This document shows positions 51,335 through 60,247 of a DNA stretch of 64,000 nucleotides, one piece after another. This stretch comes from Planctomycetota bacterium (GTDB lineage: Bacteria; Planctomycetota; UBA1135; UBA2386), in the NCBI GenBank assembly GCA_019636245.1, contig JAHBXX010000007.1, forward strand, positions 12,796 through 76,795, read 5' to 3'. The position numbers and the translations under genes were made by a program. The stretch's first letter is position 1, and every line of letters starts with the position of its first letter. The notes under the pieces are model-generated. The model did no database searches. It saw only the letters and a list, made by a program, of their open reading frames with translations, and was not told where the DNA came from.

Positions 51335-54249
51335 CGGCCTGCCTCCGGCGCCAGCGTGCCATCGAGGTCGAGCGGCCGTTTCCAGGCGCGCTCGACGGCG
51401 TCGAGCCCCACCTGCGCCAGCAGCCTGCCGTCGCGGTGGAACACCAGCTCCGGCGCCGGCGTCACCTCGCCGACGACGGCGAACGGCACCTGGTGGAGAT
51501 TCGCCTGCAGGTCGGCGAGGCGGTCGGCGGCGACCTCGAGCAGGATGCGGCTCGCGGACTCGCTGAACAGGATCTGCTCGGGCCGGTCGACGCCGCCCTC
51601 GCGCGGCACCGCCGCGAGGTCGATGCGCGCGCCGAGCCGGCCGCCGAGCGCCATCTCGGCGGCGGCGACGCCGAGCCCGCCCTCGCTGAGGTCGTGCGCC
51701 GCCAGCACGCAGCCGGCCGCGATCGCGCGGTGCACGCCGTGCAGCACGTCGCGGCCGAGGGCGTGGTCGACGCGCGGCGCGCGGGCGCCGAGAGCGCCCT
51801 TCGTCTTCCAGTAGACGCTGCCGCCGAGTTCGTCCTTGGTGACGCCGACCAGCACCAGCCTCGAGCCCGCGCGCTTGCAGTCGCTGGTCAGCGTGCGGCG
51901 CACGTCGGGGATCACCGACATCGCCGTGACCAGGATGCAGCCCGGTATGCGGATCACGCGGTCGGGCGCCCCGGGGCTGCCGGCGACGCGGAACTCGTTG
52001 TGCAGCGAGTCCTTGCCGGACACGAACGGCGTGCGGTAGGTCAGCGCCAGGGCGCACAACGCATCGGTCGCGCGCACCAGCTCGCCGAGCGCCTGCGGGT
52101 CCTTGGTGCTGCCCCAGCAGTAGTTGTCGAGGATGGCGGTGTAGTCGGGATCGCCGCCGGCGGCGACCAGGTTGCGCATCGCCTCGTCGAGGGCGCATTC
52201 CGCCATCGCCGCCGGGTCGATGCGGCTGTAGCGCGGGTTCAGGCCGTTGGCGAGCACGATGCCACGCCAGGAGCCGAGCTTCGGCGCCAAGACGGCCGCA
52301 TCGGCGGGGCCATCGTTGGCGACGCCGCACAGCGGCTTGCCGGCCGAGCCGGCCTGCACTTCGTGGTCGTACTGGCGCACGATCCACTCCTTGCTGCAGA
52401 CGCCGGGGTCGGCCAGCACCGCCAGCAGGGCGCCGGCGAGGTCGGCCTCGGGCTCGAGCTGCGGTTCGGCGTGGCGGGGCGGCGTCCACTTCGCCTCGCG
52501 CGTCTGCACCGGCAGGCCGTCGTGCAGGAAGCGCAGGTCGAGGTCGGCGTGCCGGGTGCCGGCGTAGTGCACCACGAGCCGCCCCGTGGCGGTGAACGCA
52601 CCCAGCACGGTCGCCTCGCAGGCCTCCTCGGCGCAGACCTGCAGCAGGCGCGGCAACCGGTCGGGCGGCACCGCCAGCACCATGCGCTCCTGCGCCTCGC
52701 TGATCCAGATCTCCCAGGGCGCGAGGCCGCGGTACTTGAGCGGCGCGTGCCGGAGTTCGACCTCGGCGCCGAGGCCTTCGGCCATCTCGCCGATCGCCGA
52801 ACTGAAACCGCCGGCGCCGCAGTCGGTGATCGCCGAGAACAGGTCCTCGTCGGCGCAGCGCAGCACGGCGTCCATGACCTTGCGTTCGGTGATCGGATCG
52901 CCGATCTGCACCGCGCCGGAGCTCAGGGTCTCGCTCTCGGTGTGCAGTTCGAGCGAGCTGAAGGTGGCGCCGTGGATGCCGTCGCGACCGGTGCGGCCGC
53001 CGAGCGCGACGATCGCGTCGCCGGCGCGCGGCTGCTTCCGCGCCCGCGCCGTCGGCAGCATGCCGACGTTGCCGACGTAGACGAGCGGGTTGCCGACGAA
53101 GAGCTCGTCGAAGTGCACGCTGCCGTTCACGGTCGGGATGCCCATCGGGTTGCCGTAGTCGCGCACGCCGGCGACGACACCCTTCAGCACGGTCAGCGGG
53201 TGCAGGCAGCCGGGCGGCACGCGGTCCGCGGGCAGGTCCGGCGGCGCGAGGCAGAAGACGTCGGTGCTGGCGATCGGCCGCGCGCCGAGGCCCGTGCCGA
53301 GCACGTCGCGGATCACGCCGCCGACGCCGGTGCCGGCGCCGCCGAACGGCTCGATCGCCGATGGCCGGTTGTGCGTCTCGACCTTGATGCAGACCGAGTC
53401 CTCGTCGTCGAAGCGGATCACGCCGGCGTTGTCGGTGAACACGCTGACGCAGAAGTCGCGGTCGAGCGTGCGCGTCACGTGCGCGATCGTGCTCTTCAGC
53501 AGGTTCTGGATCGTGCGGCCGTCGCAACGCACGTTGCCGGTCAGGGTCTTGTGCTTGCAGTGTTCGCTCCAGGTCTGCGCCAGCGTCTCGAGCTCGAGGC
53601 GGGTGGGCGCGCGGCCGAGGGCGCGGAAGTGGGCCTGGATCGCCGCCATCTCGGTGCCGTCGAGCGCGAGGCCGCCGTCGCGGGACAGGCGTTCGAGCCC
53701 GGCGGCGTCCAGCGCGGCGAGGTCGACCTCCCGCACCGCCAGGTCGGGCGGCGGCGGATCGCCAGGCAGGCCCGTCGGCAGGGCGTCGAGCTGCACCTCC
53801 TGGACGACGTCGTTGGCCAACGCCTTGCGCGCTGCCTGCAGCAGCCGCGCCGGAGCGACGGTGCCGGCGACGTCGAACACCCGGTAGGTGCCGGTGGCGA
53901 CCAGCGGCAGTTGCAGGTCGCCGAGCGCCTTCTGCACCGAGTGCGCGACCGGATCGGTGACGCCGGGGCGCGGCACCACGACGACGGCATGGCTGCCGGC
54001 CGCAGGAGGCGGCGGCGTGTCGCCGGGTGCGTGCACGGCGAACGCCTCGACCACCGGGTCGCAGAGCACGGCGCCGGCGAACGTCTGCACCTGCGCCGCC
54101 GCCAGTTCGCCGCCGAGCAGGTAGCCGCGGCGGCTGCGCACCCGCGTGACGCCGTCGAGGCCGGCGCTGCGCAGGGAGCGCAAGGCCGCGTCGCCGATCG
54201 GATCGGGTTGGTCGGGCCGAGCCACGACGTCGATGCGCCACGCCTGCAT
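51331..54249 (-). CDS. purL: Phosphoribosylformylglycinamidine synthase subunit PurL with two fused N-terminal PurS-like modules, 972 aa
   Basis: The internal ATG of ORF 51331..54594(-) at codon 116 begins the gene. PurL core motifs are TWSEHCKHKT and VETHNRPSAIEPFGGAGTGVGGVIRD. Two PurS-like modules precede the core: IDVVARPDQPDPIGDAALRSLRSAGL and VVVVPRPGVTDPVAHSVQKALGDL. Confidence 0.9.
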   Translation of the reverse strand: MQAWRIDVVARPDQPDPIGDAALRSLRSAGLDGVTRVRSRRGYLLGGELAAAQVQTFAGAVLCDPVVEAFAVHAPGDTPPPPAAGSHAVVVVPRPGVTDPVAHSVQKALGDLQLPLVATGTYRVFDVAGTVAPARLLQAARKALANDVVQEVQLDALPTGLPGDPPPPDLAVREVDLAALDAAGLERLSRDGGLALDGTEMAAIQAHFRALGRAPTRLELETLAQTWSEHCKHKTLTGNVRCDGRTIQNLLKSTIAHVTRTLDRDFCVSVFTDNAGVIRFDDEDSVCIKVETHNRPSAIEPFGGAGTGVGGVIRDVLGTGLGARPIASTDVFCLAPPDLPADRVPPGCLHPLTVLKGVVAGVRDYGNPMGIPTVNGSVHFDELFVGNPLVYVGNVGMLPTARARKQPRAGDAIVALGGRTGRDGIHGATFSSLELHTESETLSSGAVQIGDPITERKVMDAVLRCADEDLFSAITDCGAGGFSSAIGEMAEGLGAEVELRHAPLKYRGLAPWEIWISEAQERMVLAVPPDRLPRLLQVCAEEACEATVLGAFTATGRLVVHYAGTRHADLDLRFLHDGLPVQTREAKWTPPRHAEPQLEPEADLAGALLAVLADPGVCSKEWIVRQYDHEVQAGSAGKPLCGVANDGPADAAVLAPKLGSWRGIVLANGLNPRYSRIDPAAMAECALDEAMRNLVAAGGDPDYTAILDNYCWGSTKDPQALGELVRATDALCALALTYRTPFVSGKDSLHNEFRVAGSPGAPDRVIRIPGCILVTAMSVIPDVRRTLTSDCKRAGSRLVLVGVTKDELGGSVYWKTKGALGARAPRVDHALGRDVLHGVHRAIAAGCVLAAHDLSEGGLGVAAAEMALGGRLGARIDLAAVPREGGVDRPEQILFSESASRILLEVAADRLADLQANLHQVPFAVVGEVTPAPELVFHRDGRLLAQVGLDAVERAWKRPLDLDGTLAPEAGR

Positions 54250-54418
54250 CGGCGGCACGATGCCGGCCGCTGCGGAGTGGCGCAAGCATGCGGGGCGCCA
54301 ATGCGGTGGGCCGGAGAACGCGCCAGCACCGGTCGTCGCGGGCGACATCGGGCGCAGCGCCATCGCCGCTGCACGGGTAGACTGCTCGGCTCCCTGCCCG
54401 CCCGTCCACGCCGCCAAC

Positions 54419-56257
54419 ATGCTCCGCAGTTCCTTCGCCCTGACCACCCTCCTGTCGCTCGCCGCGCCGGCCGCCGCGCAGTGTCTCTCCGCCAGCAGCC
54501 CCGGCACGACCCTTGGCTCCGGCGACGACGTGCTGTTCGGTCCGGTGGCCATGGGCATCACGTTCCCGCTGGCGGGCGTCGCGGGTCCGCTCACGCATTG
54601 CGTCGTCAGTTCGAACGGCGTGCTCTATCTCACCAGCGGCGGCGCCGCGGTCGACGCCGCGGCGAACCACTACGGCAACCTGCCTTCCCGCATGTCGGGG
54701 GCGGCGGGCGCCTCGCCGCGGGTGGCGCCCTACTGGTCGGACCTGGTGCTCGCCGGGCCCGCGGGCTTCGTCGCCATCGACACCTCGGTCGCCGGCCGCT
54801 GCGCCGTGACCTGGGTCGAGGCGAACGAGTTCCTGCAGGCGCCGAAGAAGAGCTTCCAGGCCGAGCTGTTCAGCACCGGCGTGGTGCGGTTCTCGTACTC
54901 GGCGGGCATGGCCAGCGATGGCCTGCCGGCCCTCGTCGGCGTCTCGGTCGGCAACGGCACGGCCCTGCCGCCGGCCAGCGACCTGTCGGCCGGCCCGACG
55001 ACGGCGACCGGGATCACCTTCCAAGCGTTCGACGCGCTGAACGTCCCCTTCGATCTGCCGGGCGCGGCGCTGACGCTCACGCCGAGCGGCGCCGGTTTCC
55101 AGGTGGCCACGACCTGCGCGCCCGCGGCGCACACGACGATGGGCAGCGGTTGCTACGCGCTGGCCAGGGAGTCGTTCTACCAGTTCTTCCCGACCGCGGC
55201 GGCGGCGGCGGCGGCGCTGAACGGGCAGTCGATGCGGCTCGTGCCGAACGCCACCGGCTACAGCGCCACCTGGGGCGGCGGCACCTACGTGGCGCCGCCG
55301 GTCAGCGCGACGACGCTGGCGCCGAACGACGACGACGAAGCGGCGGTGGTGCTGCCGTCGGCGTTGCCGGTTCCCGGCGGCGCGGCGCCAGTCCTCTACG
55401 TGCACACCAACGGCTTCGTGTCGACGGCGTTCGGCAACGACAACGGCGCCTGGAACTCGCCGGCCTTCAACGACTACACGCCCAGCCCGCAGTTCCGCAA
55501 CGCGCCGGCGGCGGCGTTCTGGTCGTGGCACGACTACACGCCGGTGCAGGGCGGCCGCATCAAGCACCACCAGGCGGTGGTCGGCAGCGACACGATCCTC
55601 TACGTCACCTGGGACGCGGTCGAGAGCTACGCCGTGCCCGAGACCACGAACCCGAGCACGTTCCAGTTCCAGTTCAACCTGACGACCGGCGCGGTCACCT
55701 ACGTGTGGCAGAGCCTGACCGCGATCGGCACCGGCCAGAGCCCTGTCCTGCCCGAGTCGCACCTGATCGGCTATTCGCCCGGCGGGGCCTCCCTGGACCC
55801 CGGTTCGGTGGCGCTCTCGGCGGCGCTGCCGCTGTCGACCGGCCCCGACCTGCTGCCGCTGGCCCTGGCCGCCGCGCCGGCGCCGGTGATCAACCCGTCG
55901 ACGGTGGTCACCTACACCGCCACCAACCTGCCCGAGTTCGTGCCGCTGTCCGGCGTGCATCTGGCGACGCTGTTCCTCAGCGTCAATCCGCTGCCGGGCG
56001 GGGCGGACCTCGGCTTCCTCGGCGCGCCCAACTGCGCCAGCTACCTGGTGACGCTCGACCTGGATCTCGGTGGCCAGCTGACGTTCGCGCCGACGGCGGC
56101 CTGGAACCTGACCTACGACAACGTGCTGTTCGCGCCGGGCAACGTGATCGGCGCGCAGGCGGTGGCGCTGATCACGCCCAACTCGCTGCCCAACGGCCAG
56201 AACGCGTTCGGCCTGACGGTCAGCAACGGCGTGCGCAGCTACGTCAACGGCTTCTGA
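54419..56257 (+). CDS. Secreted protein with two NIDO (nidogen-like) domains, 612 aa
   Basis: The internal ATG of ORF 54146..56257(+) at codon 92 gives signal peptide MLRSSFALTTLLSLAAPAAAQ. The first NIDO-like block is RVAPYWSDL...CAVTWVEANEF...SFQAELFSTGVVRFSY. The second is AAFWSWHDY...ILYVTWDAVESY...TFQFQFNLTTGAVTYVW. Confidence 0.6.
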   Translation: MLRSSFALTTLLSLAAPAAAQCLSASSPGTTLGSGDDVLFGPVAMGITFPLAGVAGPLTHCVVSSNGVLYLTSGGAAVDAAANHYGNLPSRMSGAAGASPRVAPYWSDLVLAGPAGFVAIDTSVAGRCAVTWVEANEFLQAPKKSFQAELFSTGVVRFSYSAGMASDGLPALVGVSVGNGTALPPASDLSAGPTTATGITFQAFDALNVPFDLPGAALTLTPSGAGFQVATTCAPAAHTTMGSGCYALARESFYQFFPTAAAAAAALNGQSMRLVPNATGYSATWGGGTYVAPPVSATTLAPNDDDEAAVVLPSALPVPGGAAPVLYVHTNGFVSTAFGNDNGAWNSPAFNDYTPSPQFRNAPAAAFWSWHDYTPVQGGRIKHHQAVVGSDTILYVTWDAVESYAVPETTNPSTFQFQFNLTTGAVTYVWQSLTAIGTGQSPVLPESHLIGYSPGGASLDPGSVALSAALPLSTGPDLLPLALAAAPAPVINPSTVVTYTATNLPEFVPLSGVHLATLFLSVNPLPGGADLGFLGAPNCASYLVTLDLDLGGQLTFAPTAAWNLTYDNVLFAPGNVIGAQAVALITPNSLPNGQNAFGLTVSNGVRSYVNGF

Positions 56258-56269
56258 CGCCCGCGTCGG

Positions 56270-57085
56270 TCAGTAGCTCTCGTCGGCGTTCGGGAACGAG
56301 CCGTCGCGCACGTCGCGGCAGTAGTCGCCGACCGCCTTGCCGATCGCGTCGGCGAGTTCGAGGTAACGACGGGCGAAGCGCGGCCGGAAGCGCGTGAACA
56401 GCCCGAGCAGGTCGTGGGTGACGAGGATCTGGCCGTCGACGTGCGGCCCGGCGCCGATGCCGATGACCGGCACCTCGACGGCCGCCGTGACCTGCTGGCC
56501 GAGCGTGGCCGGGACCTTCTCGAGCACCAGCGCGAACACGCCGGCCTGGGCCAGCGAGCGGGCGTCGTCGACGATCCGCCGCTGCTCGGCAGCCTCCTGG
56601 CCGCGCGCCTGGTAGGAGCCGAACTGGTGGATGCTCTGCGGCGTCAGGCCCAGGTGCCCCATGACGGGGATGCCCGCGTGCACGAGCCGCTGCACGGTTG
56701 CCGCGAACGGCGCGCCGCCTTCGAGCTTCACGGCTTCGACCCGGCCCTCCTTGAGCAGGCGGCCGGCGTTGCGCAGCGCGTCCTCGGGGCCGATCTGGTA
56801 GCTGAGGAACGGCATGTCGCCGACGACCAGCGCGCGCCTGGCCGCGCGGGCGACCAGTTCGCAGTGGTAGACCATCTGGTCCATCGTGACCGACACCGTG
56901 GTGTCGTGGCCCTGCAGCACGGTCGCCACCGAGTCACCGACCAGCAGCACGTCGACGCCGGCGCGGTCGAGCAGGCCGGCGAGCAGGTGGTCGTAGGCCG
57001 TCAGCGCGGTGATCCGCCGGCGCTGCGCCTTCAGCGCGCGCAACGTCGCGGTCGTGACCTTGGCGCTGTCGGCGGCGCGGCTCAC
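56270..57085 (-). CDS. panB: 3-methyl-2-oxobutanoate hydroxymethyltransferase
   Basis: ORF 56270..57085(-), 271 aa. Motifs are ITALTAYD, LLVGDS, GDMPFLSY, KLEGG and GHLGLTPQS. The GTG start overlaps the pcnB stop as GTGA. Confidence 0.95.
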   Translation of the reverse strand: MSRAADSAKVTTATLRALKAQRRRITALTAYDHLLAGLLDRAGVDVLLVGDSVATVLQGHDTTVSVTMDQMVYHCELVARAARRALVVGDMPFLSYQIGPEDALRNAGRLLKEGRVEAVKLEGGAPFAATVQRLVHAGIPVMGHLGLTPQSIHQFGSYQARGQEAAEQRRIVDDARSLAQAGVFALVLEKVPATLGQQVTAAVEVPVIGIGAGPHVDGQILVTHDLLGLFTRFRPRFARRYLELADAIGKAVGDYCRDVRDGSFPNADESY

Positions 57086-59547
57086 CAGTCTCCGAACGTG
57101 TCGTCGTCGCGCGGGGGCGGTGGCGGCGGTGCGCTCGGCCCGCTGTCGCCGCCCGGCGGCGGCGGGGGACGGTAGTCGTCGACGCCATCCTGCGGCACGC
57201 GCGGGCTCCGGCGCTTGGGCCGACCCTGGCCTTCGACGATGCTGCCGAAGGTCGGCACCCGCTTGGGATCGAGTTCCACGTCGAAGGCGGAGAGGTCGAG
57301 CGGCGCCGGCTCGATCACGTCGATCTTGCCGCGGCGATCGCGGTAGCGCGGCACGACGTCGACGTCGCGCGGGCCGCCGCCGCGGCGGCGCGGATCGCGG
57401 TCGCGACGGTTCTCGTGCCGGGAGCCCCCCGGGGGGCGCGGCAGGGCGTCGCCGGGCGGGGGGCCACCGTTGCCCGCATGGTCGCCACCGCGGCTGCGGC
57501 CGCGCCGGCCCCGTCGGCGGCGCCGGCGGCTGCCGGCGGTGGCTTCGGCTGCGGCGGCTCCGGCGGCCGGAGCGGCATCTGCCGAGGCTTCACCACCCTC
57601 GCCCTCGCTCTCGCCCTCGGGGCCGAACCCGGCTGCATCGGGGTCGGCGACGACGTCGGCCGCCGCCAACGGCTGGTGCGGCATGCCCTCGGCGTCGACG
57701 GCTTCGCCGTGCGGCGCCGGCTGGTCGCTGGCCGGGAAGCGCTCGTCGTGGTGGCGTCGGCCGCGGCGGCCGCGCCGCCGTCGGCGCCGCCGCCGGCCGG
57801 GTTCGGCATCCCCCGGTTCGCCCGGCGCCGGTTCGACGGCCGTGGCGTCGAAGGGGGATCCGCCGTCGCCCGCGTCGTGCGGGCCGGCAGCGTCCGCGAA
57901 GGGATCGTCCGCGGCGCGTTGCGGCATGACCTGCGGCTCCGGTGCGCCGGACTCGTCCTCCGCGCCGGTGGCGTCGCCATCGTCGAGCGCGGCGTTCTCC
58001 ATGCGTGCAGACGGGTGCACGGAAGACGAAGGGTCGGTCGGGCGACGTCCACGTCGCCGGCGACGTCGCCGTCGGCCGCGTCGCTCGCCCTCGCCCTCGG
58101 CTTCGCCCTCGCCGTGGCGGACGTCCTCGGCGGCGCCGTCGCTGGCGGACGCCTGGACGCGGCCCTGCGGCCACGCGGGGGCGGTGTCGTCGTCGACGTC
58201 CGTCGGCTCCGGCCCGGCTGCCGTCGTGGCGTCGTCGTCGAGCACGGATTCCCGCTCCTCGTCGCCGTCGACGACCTGGTCGTGCGGGTCTGGATGGTGG
58301 CCATCCCGCTCGGAGAGGCGGTACCACTCGTCGACCATCGCCGGATCGCCGCCGAGCGCCTGCAGGCGCAGTTCGAACAGCTCCAGCGCTTCGTCGAAGT
58401 AGGGTCCCTGCACGAACCCCGCGACCCGGAACCGCTTGCCCGGCTGGGCGAAACGGTGCTGGACGCCGCAGATGCGCTTCAGGCAGCCGGCATCACGCCG
58501 CGGCAGGCGCAGCGCATAGCTCAGCGGCCCGAGCAGTTCCTCGGCCACCGACGATGGACTGCGGTCCGGGGCCGCCTCCGCCCGCGCGAGCACGGGGCAA
58601 ACCAGCAGCACGCCGAGCAGCACCGCGTTCTGCGGCACATGACCGCCCTGCACCCGGTGGTCGAGCGTCTCGAGCAGGCGCCAGAAGGCGACCCGCTGGT
58701 CGTGTCGCGCCGTCTGCAGGAAGTCGGCGAGCACCGGCAGGATGCTGCGCAGGGCGCCGACGTCGCGCAGCAGCTGGAACGACTCGAGGGCGTGGCCGCC
58801 GCGCAGCAGGCGCAGCACCTCCTCCAGCAGGCGCGGCGGCGCCGAGCGCACCAGGTCGCCCGCCGTTTCGGCCATCGCCGCGAACGTCTCGGGCTCGATG
58901 GTGAAGCCGAGTCGCCCCGCGAACTTCGCCGCCCGCAGGATGCGCACCGGGTCCTCGCGGAAGCGCACCCGGGGATCGCCGATGGTGCGGATCACGCGTG
59001 CATGCAGGTCGTCGAGGCCGTTGGTCCAGTCGAGGATGCGGTCGCTGGTCGGATCGAGGAACAGCGCGTTGACCGTGAAGTCGCGGCGCAGTGCGTCCTC
59101 CTCCGCGGTGCCGAACTCGTTGTCGCGCGTGATCAGCAGGTCGTCGTCGTTGCCCTCGGTCTGCGGCGTGCGCCGGAACGTCGACACCTCCAGGATCTTG
59201 GTGTTGCCGTGGAAGTGCAGATGGGCGAGCTTGAAGCGACGGCCGATGATGCGGCAGTTGCGCGGGAACGTGCGTTTGACCTGCTGGGGGCGCGCGCCGG
59301 TGGCGATGTCGTAGTCCTTGGCGGGGCGGCCAAGCAGCAGGTCGCGCACGCAACCGCCGACCAGGTAGGCTTCGAAGCCGCGTGCAATCAGGCGTTGCGT
59401 CGCTCGCACGGCATCGCTGTCGAGCCTGCCGAGGTCGGCGCCGGTCGGGGAGAGGATCGTCGGTTCGATCGTCGGAATCCCTTGGCTGGGAAATGGATGA
59501 GGTTGGGATTTACTCGGCGGAGCGGGGCCGACACAACCGGATTCCAC
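57082..59547 (-). CDS. pcnB: Poly(A) polymerase I family nucleotidyltransferase with a C-terminal Arg-rich disordered tail of about 400 aa
   Basis: ORF 57082..59547(-), 821 aa, GTG start. Motifs are YLVGGCVRDLLLGRPAKDYDIAT, LAHLHF, RRDFTVNALF and DPVRILRAAKFA. From about residue 415 (coordinate ~58305 downwards) the sequence is low-complexity D/E/G/A/P with three poly-Arg blocks. Confidence 0.85.
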   Translation of the reverse strand: MESGCVGPAPPSKSQPHPFPSQGIPTIEPTILSPTGADLGRLDSDAVRATQRLIARGFEAYLVGGCVRDLLLGRPAKDYDIATGARPQQVKRTFPRNCRIIGRRFKLAHLHFHGNTKILEVSTFRRTPQTEGNDDDLLITRDNEFGTAEEDALRRDFTVNALFLDPTSDRILDWTNGLDDLHARVIRTIGDPRVRFREDPVRILRAAKFAGRLGFTIEPETFAAMAETAGDLVRSAPPRLLEEVLRLLRGGHALESFQLLRDVGALRSILPVLADFLQTARHDQRVAFWRLLETLDHRVQGGHVPQNAVLLGVLLVCPVLARAEAAPDRSPSSVAEELLGPLSYALRLPRRDAGCLKRICGVQHRFAQPGKRFRVAGFVQGPYFDEALELFELRLQALGGDPAMVDEWYRLSERDGHHPDPHDQVVDGDEERESVLDDDATTAAGPEPTDVDDDTAPAWPQGRVQASASDGAAEDVRHGEGEAEGEGERRGRRRRRRRRGRRPTDPSSSVHPSARMENAALDDGDATGAEDESGAPEPQVMPQRAADDPFADAAGPHDAGDGGSPFDATAVEPAPGEPGDAEPGRRRRRRRRGRRGRRHHDERFPASDQPAPHGEAVDAEGMPHQPLAAADVVADPDAAGFGPEGESEGEGGEASADAAPAAGAAAAEATAGSRRRRRRGRRGRSRGGDHAGNGGPPPGDALPRPPGGSRHENRRDRDPRRRGGGPRDVDVVPRYRDRRGKIDVIEPAPLDLSAFDVELDPKRVPTFGSIVEGQGRPKRRSPRVPQDGVDDYRPPPPPGGDSGPSAPPPPPPRDDDTFGDW

Positions 59548-59566
59548 CGGATGCCGGCGGGCGCGG

Positions 59567-60235
59567 TCAAAGCTGCAGGCCGCCGTCGATCGTCAGGACC
59601 TCCCCGGTGACGTAGGCCGCCGCTGGGGACAGCAGGTGGCGCACGGTGCCGACGACGTCGTCGACGGTGCCCGTCCGTCCGGCCGGTATCTTCGGCAGCA
59701 GGCGCCGCTGGCTCTCCTGGTGGCTGTGGGGGTGCACGATCAGGCCCGGGGCGATCACGTTGACCGTGATGGCGTGCGGCGCGACTTCGGCCGCCAACGA
59801 CCTGGCCAACTGCACGACGGCGGCCTTGGCGGCGAAGTAGACCGGCGCCCGCCGCATGCCGCGTTGCCGGTCGACGCCCGCCGCCGCGAACAGCACGACC
59901 CGGCCGGGGCGGCCGGCCGCGACCATCGCCGGCACGATGGTCCGGAGCGTGAGGAACACGCTGTCGACGTTGCTCGCGAACACGTGCCGGTAGGTGTCCA
60001 GGTCGGTGCCGAGCAGCGGCAGCTCGGCGAAGTCGCCGACAGCGTGCACCAGCGCGTAGGGGGCGCCGTGCGCGGCCTGGAACGCCGCGAACGCCCGCGC
60101 CAGCGCCGCGGGATCGGTGGCGTCGACGCCGCCGGCGCGCGTCCAGACGGTGCACCGGTCGGCGTAGGCCTCGGCGATGGCGCGGCCGATGCCCTGGCCG
60201 CCGCCGACGATCAGGATCCGGGGCAGAGCGGTCAC
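59567..60235 (-). CDS. Short-chain dehydrogenase/reductase (SDR) family oxidoreductase
   Basis: ORF 59567..60235(-), 222 aa, GTG start. The cofactor-binding motif is VGGGQGIGRAIA, the catalytic motif is YFAAK (YxxxK), and the C-terminus is VTGEVLTIDGG. Confidence 0.85.
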   Translation of the reverse strand: MTALPRILIVGGGQGIGRAIAEAYADRCTVWTRAGGVDATDPAALARAFAAFQAAHGAPYALVHAVGDFAELPLLGTDLDTYRHVFASNVDSVFLTLRTIVPAMVAAGRPGRVVLFAAAGVDRQRGMRRAPVYFAAKAAVVQLARSLAAEVAPHAITVNVIAPGLIVHPHSHQESQRRLLPKIPAGRTGTVDDVVGTVRHLLSPAAAYVTGEVLTIDGGLQL

Positions 60236-60247
60236 GCCCGGTTCACC

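Noticed and set aside
54250-54418. Possible ZTP or purine riboswitch in the 169-nt leader upstream of purL (minus strand).
   Set aside because: I could not find the ZTP core (GGGUCGUG...CCGGGCGGA...CCGCCUGGGC) or the purine-riboswitch loop motifs on either strand. Only a CUGGCG hexamer matches.
50534-55960. An 1808-aa ORF on the minus strand, the longest in the track.
   Set aside because: Only its last 266 codons (purQ) make sense. Upstream it runs out of frame across purL and antisense to the NIDO-protein gene, and it translates to Arg/Pro/Gly/Ala junk. This is a typical shadow ORF of very GC-rich DNA, where stop codons are rare in all frames.
51436-56397. A 1653-aa ORF on the plus strand.
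   Set aside because: It is antisense to purL, whose motifs are unmistakable on the other strand, and out of frame with the 54419-56257 gene. The composition is low-complexity Arg/Ala/Gly.
57400-58200. Highly repetitive CGG/CGC/GGC-rich DNA that could be a tandem repeat or CRISPR-like array.
   Set aside because: It is in-frame coding sequence for the poly-Arg and acidic tail of PcnB. There is no repeat-spacer periodicity. No CRISPR array is present anywhere in the window.
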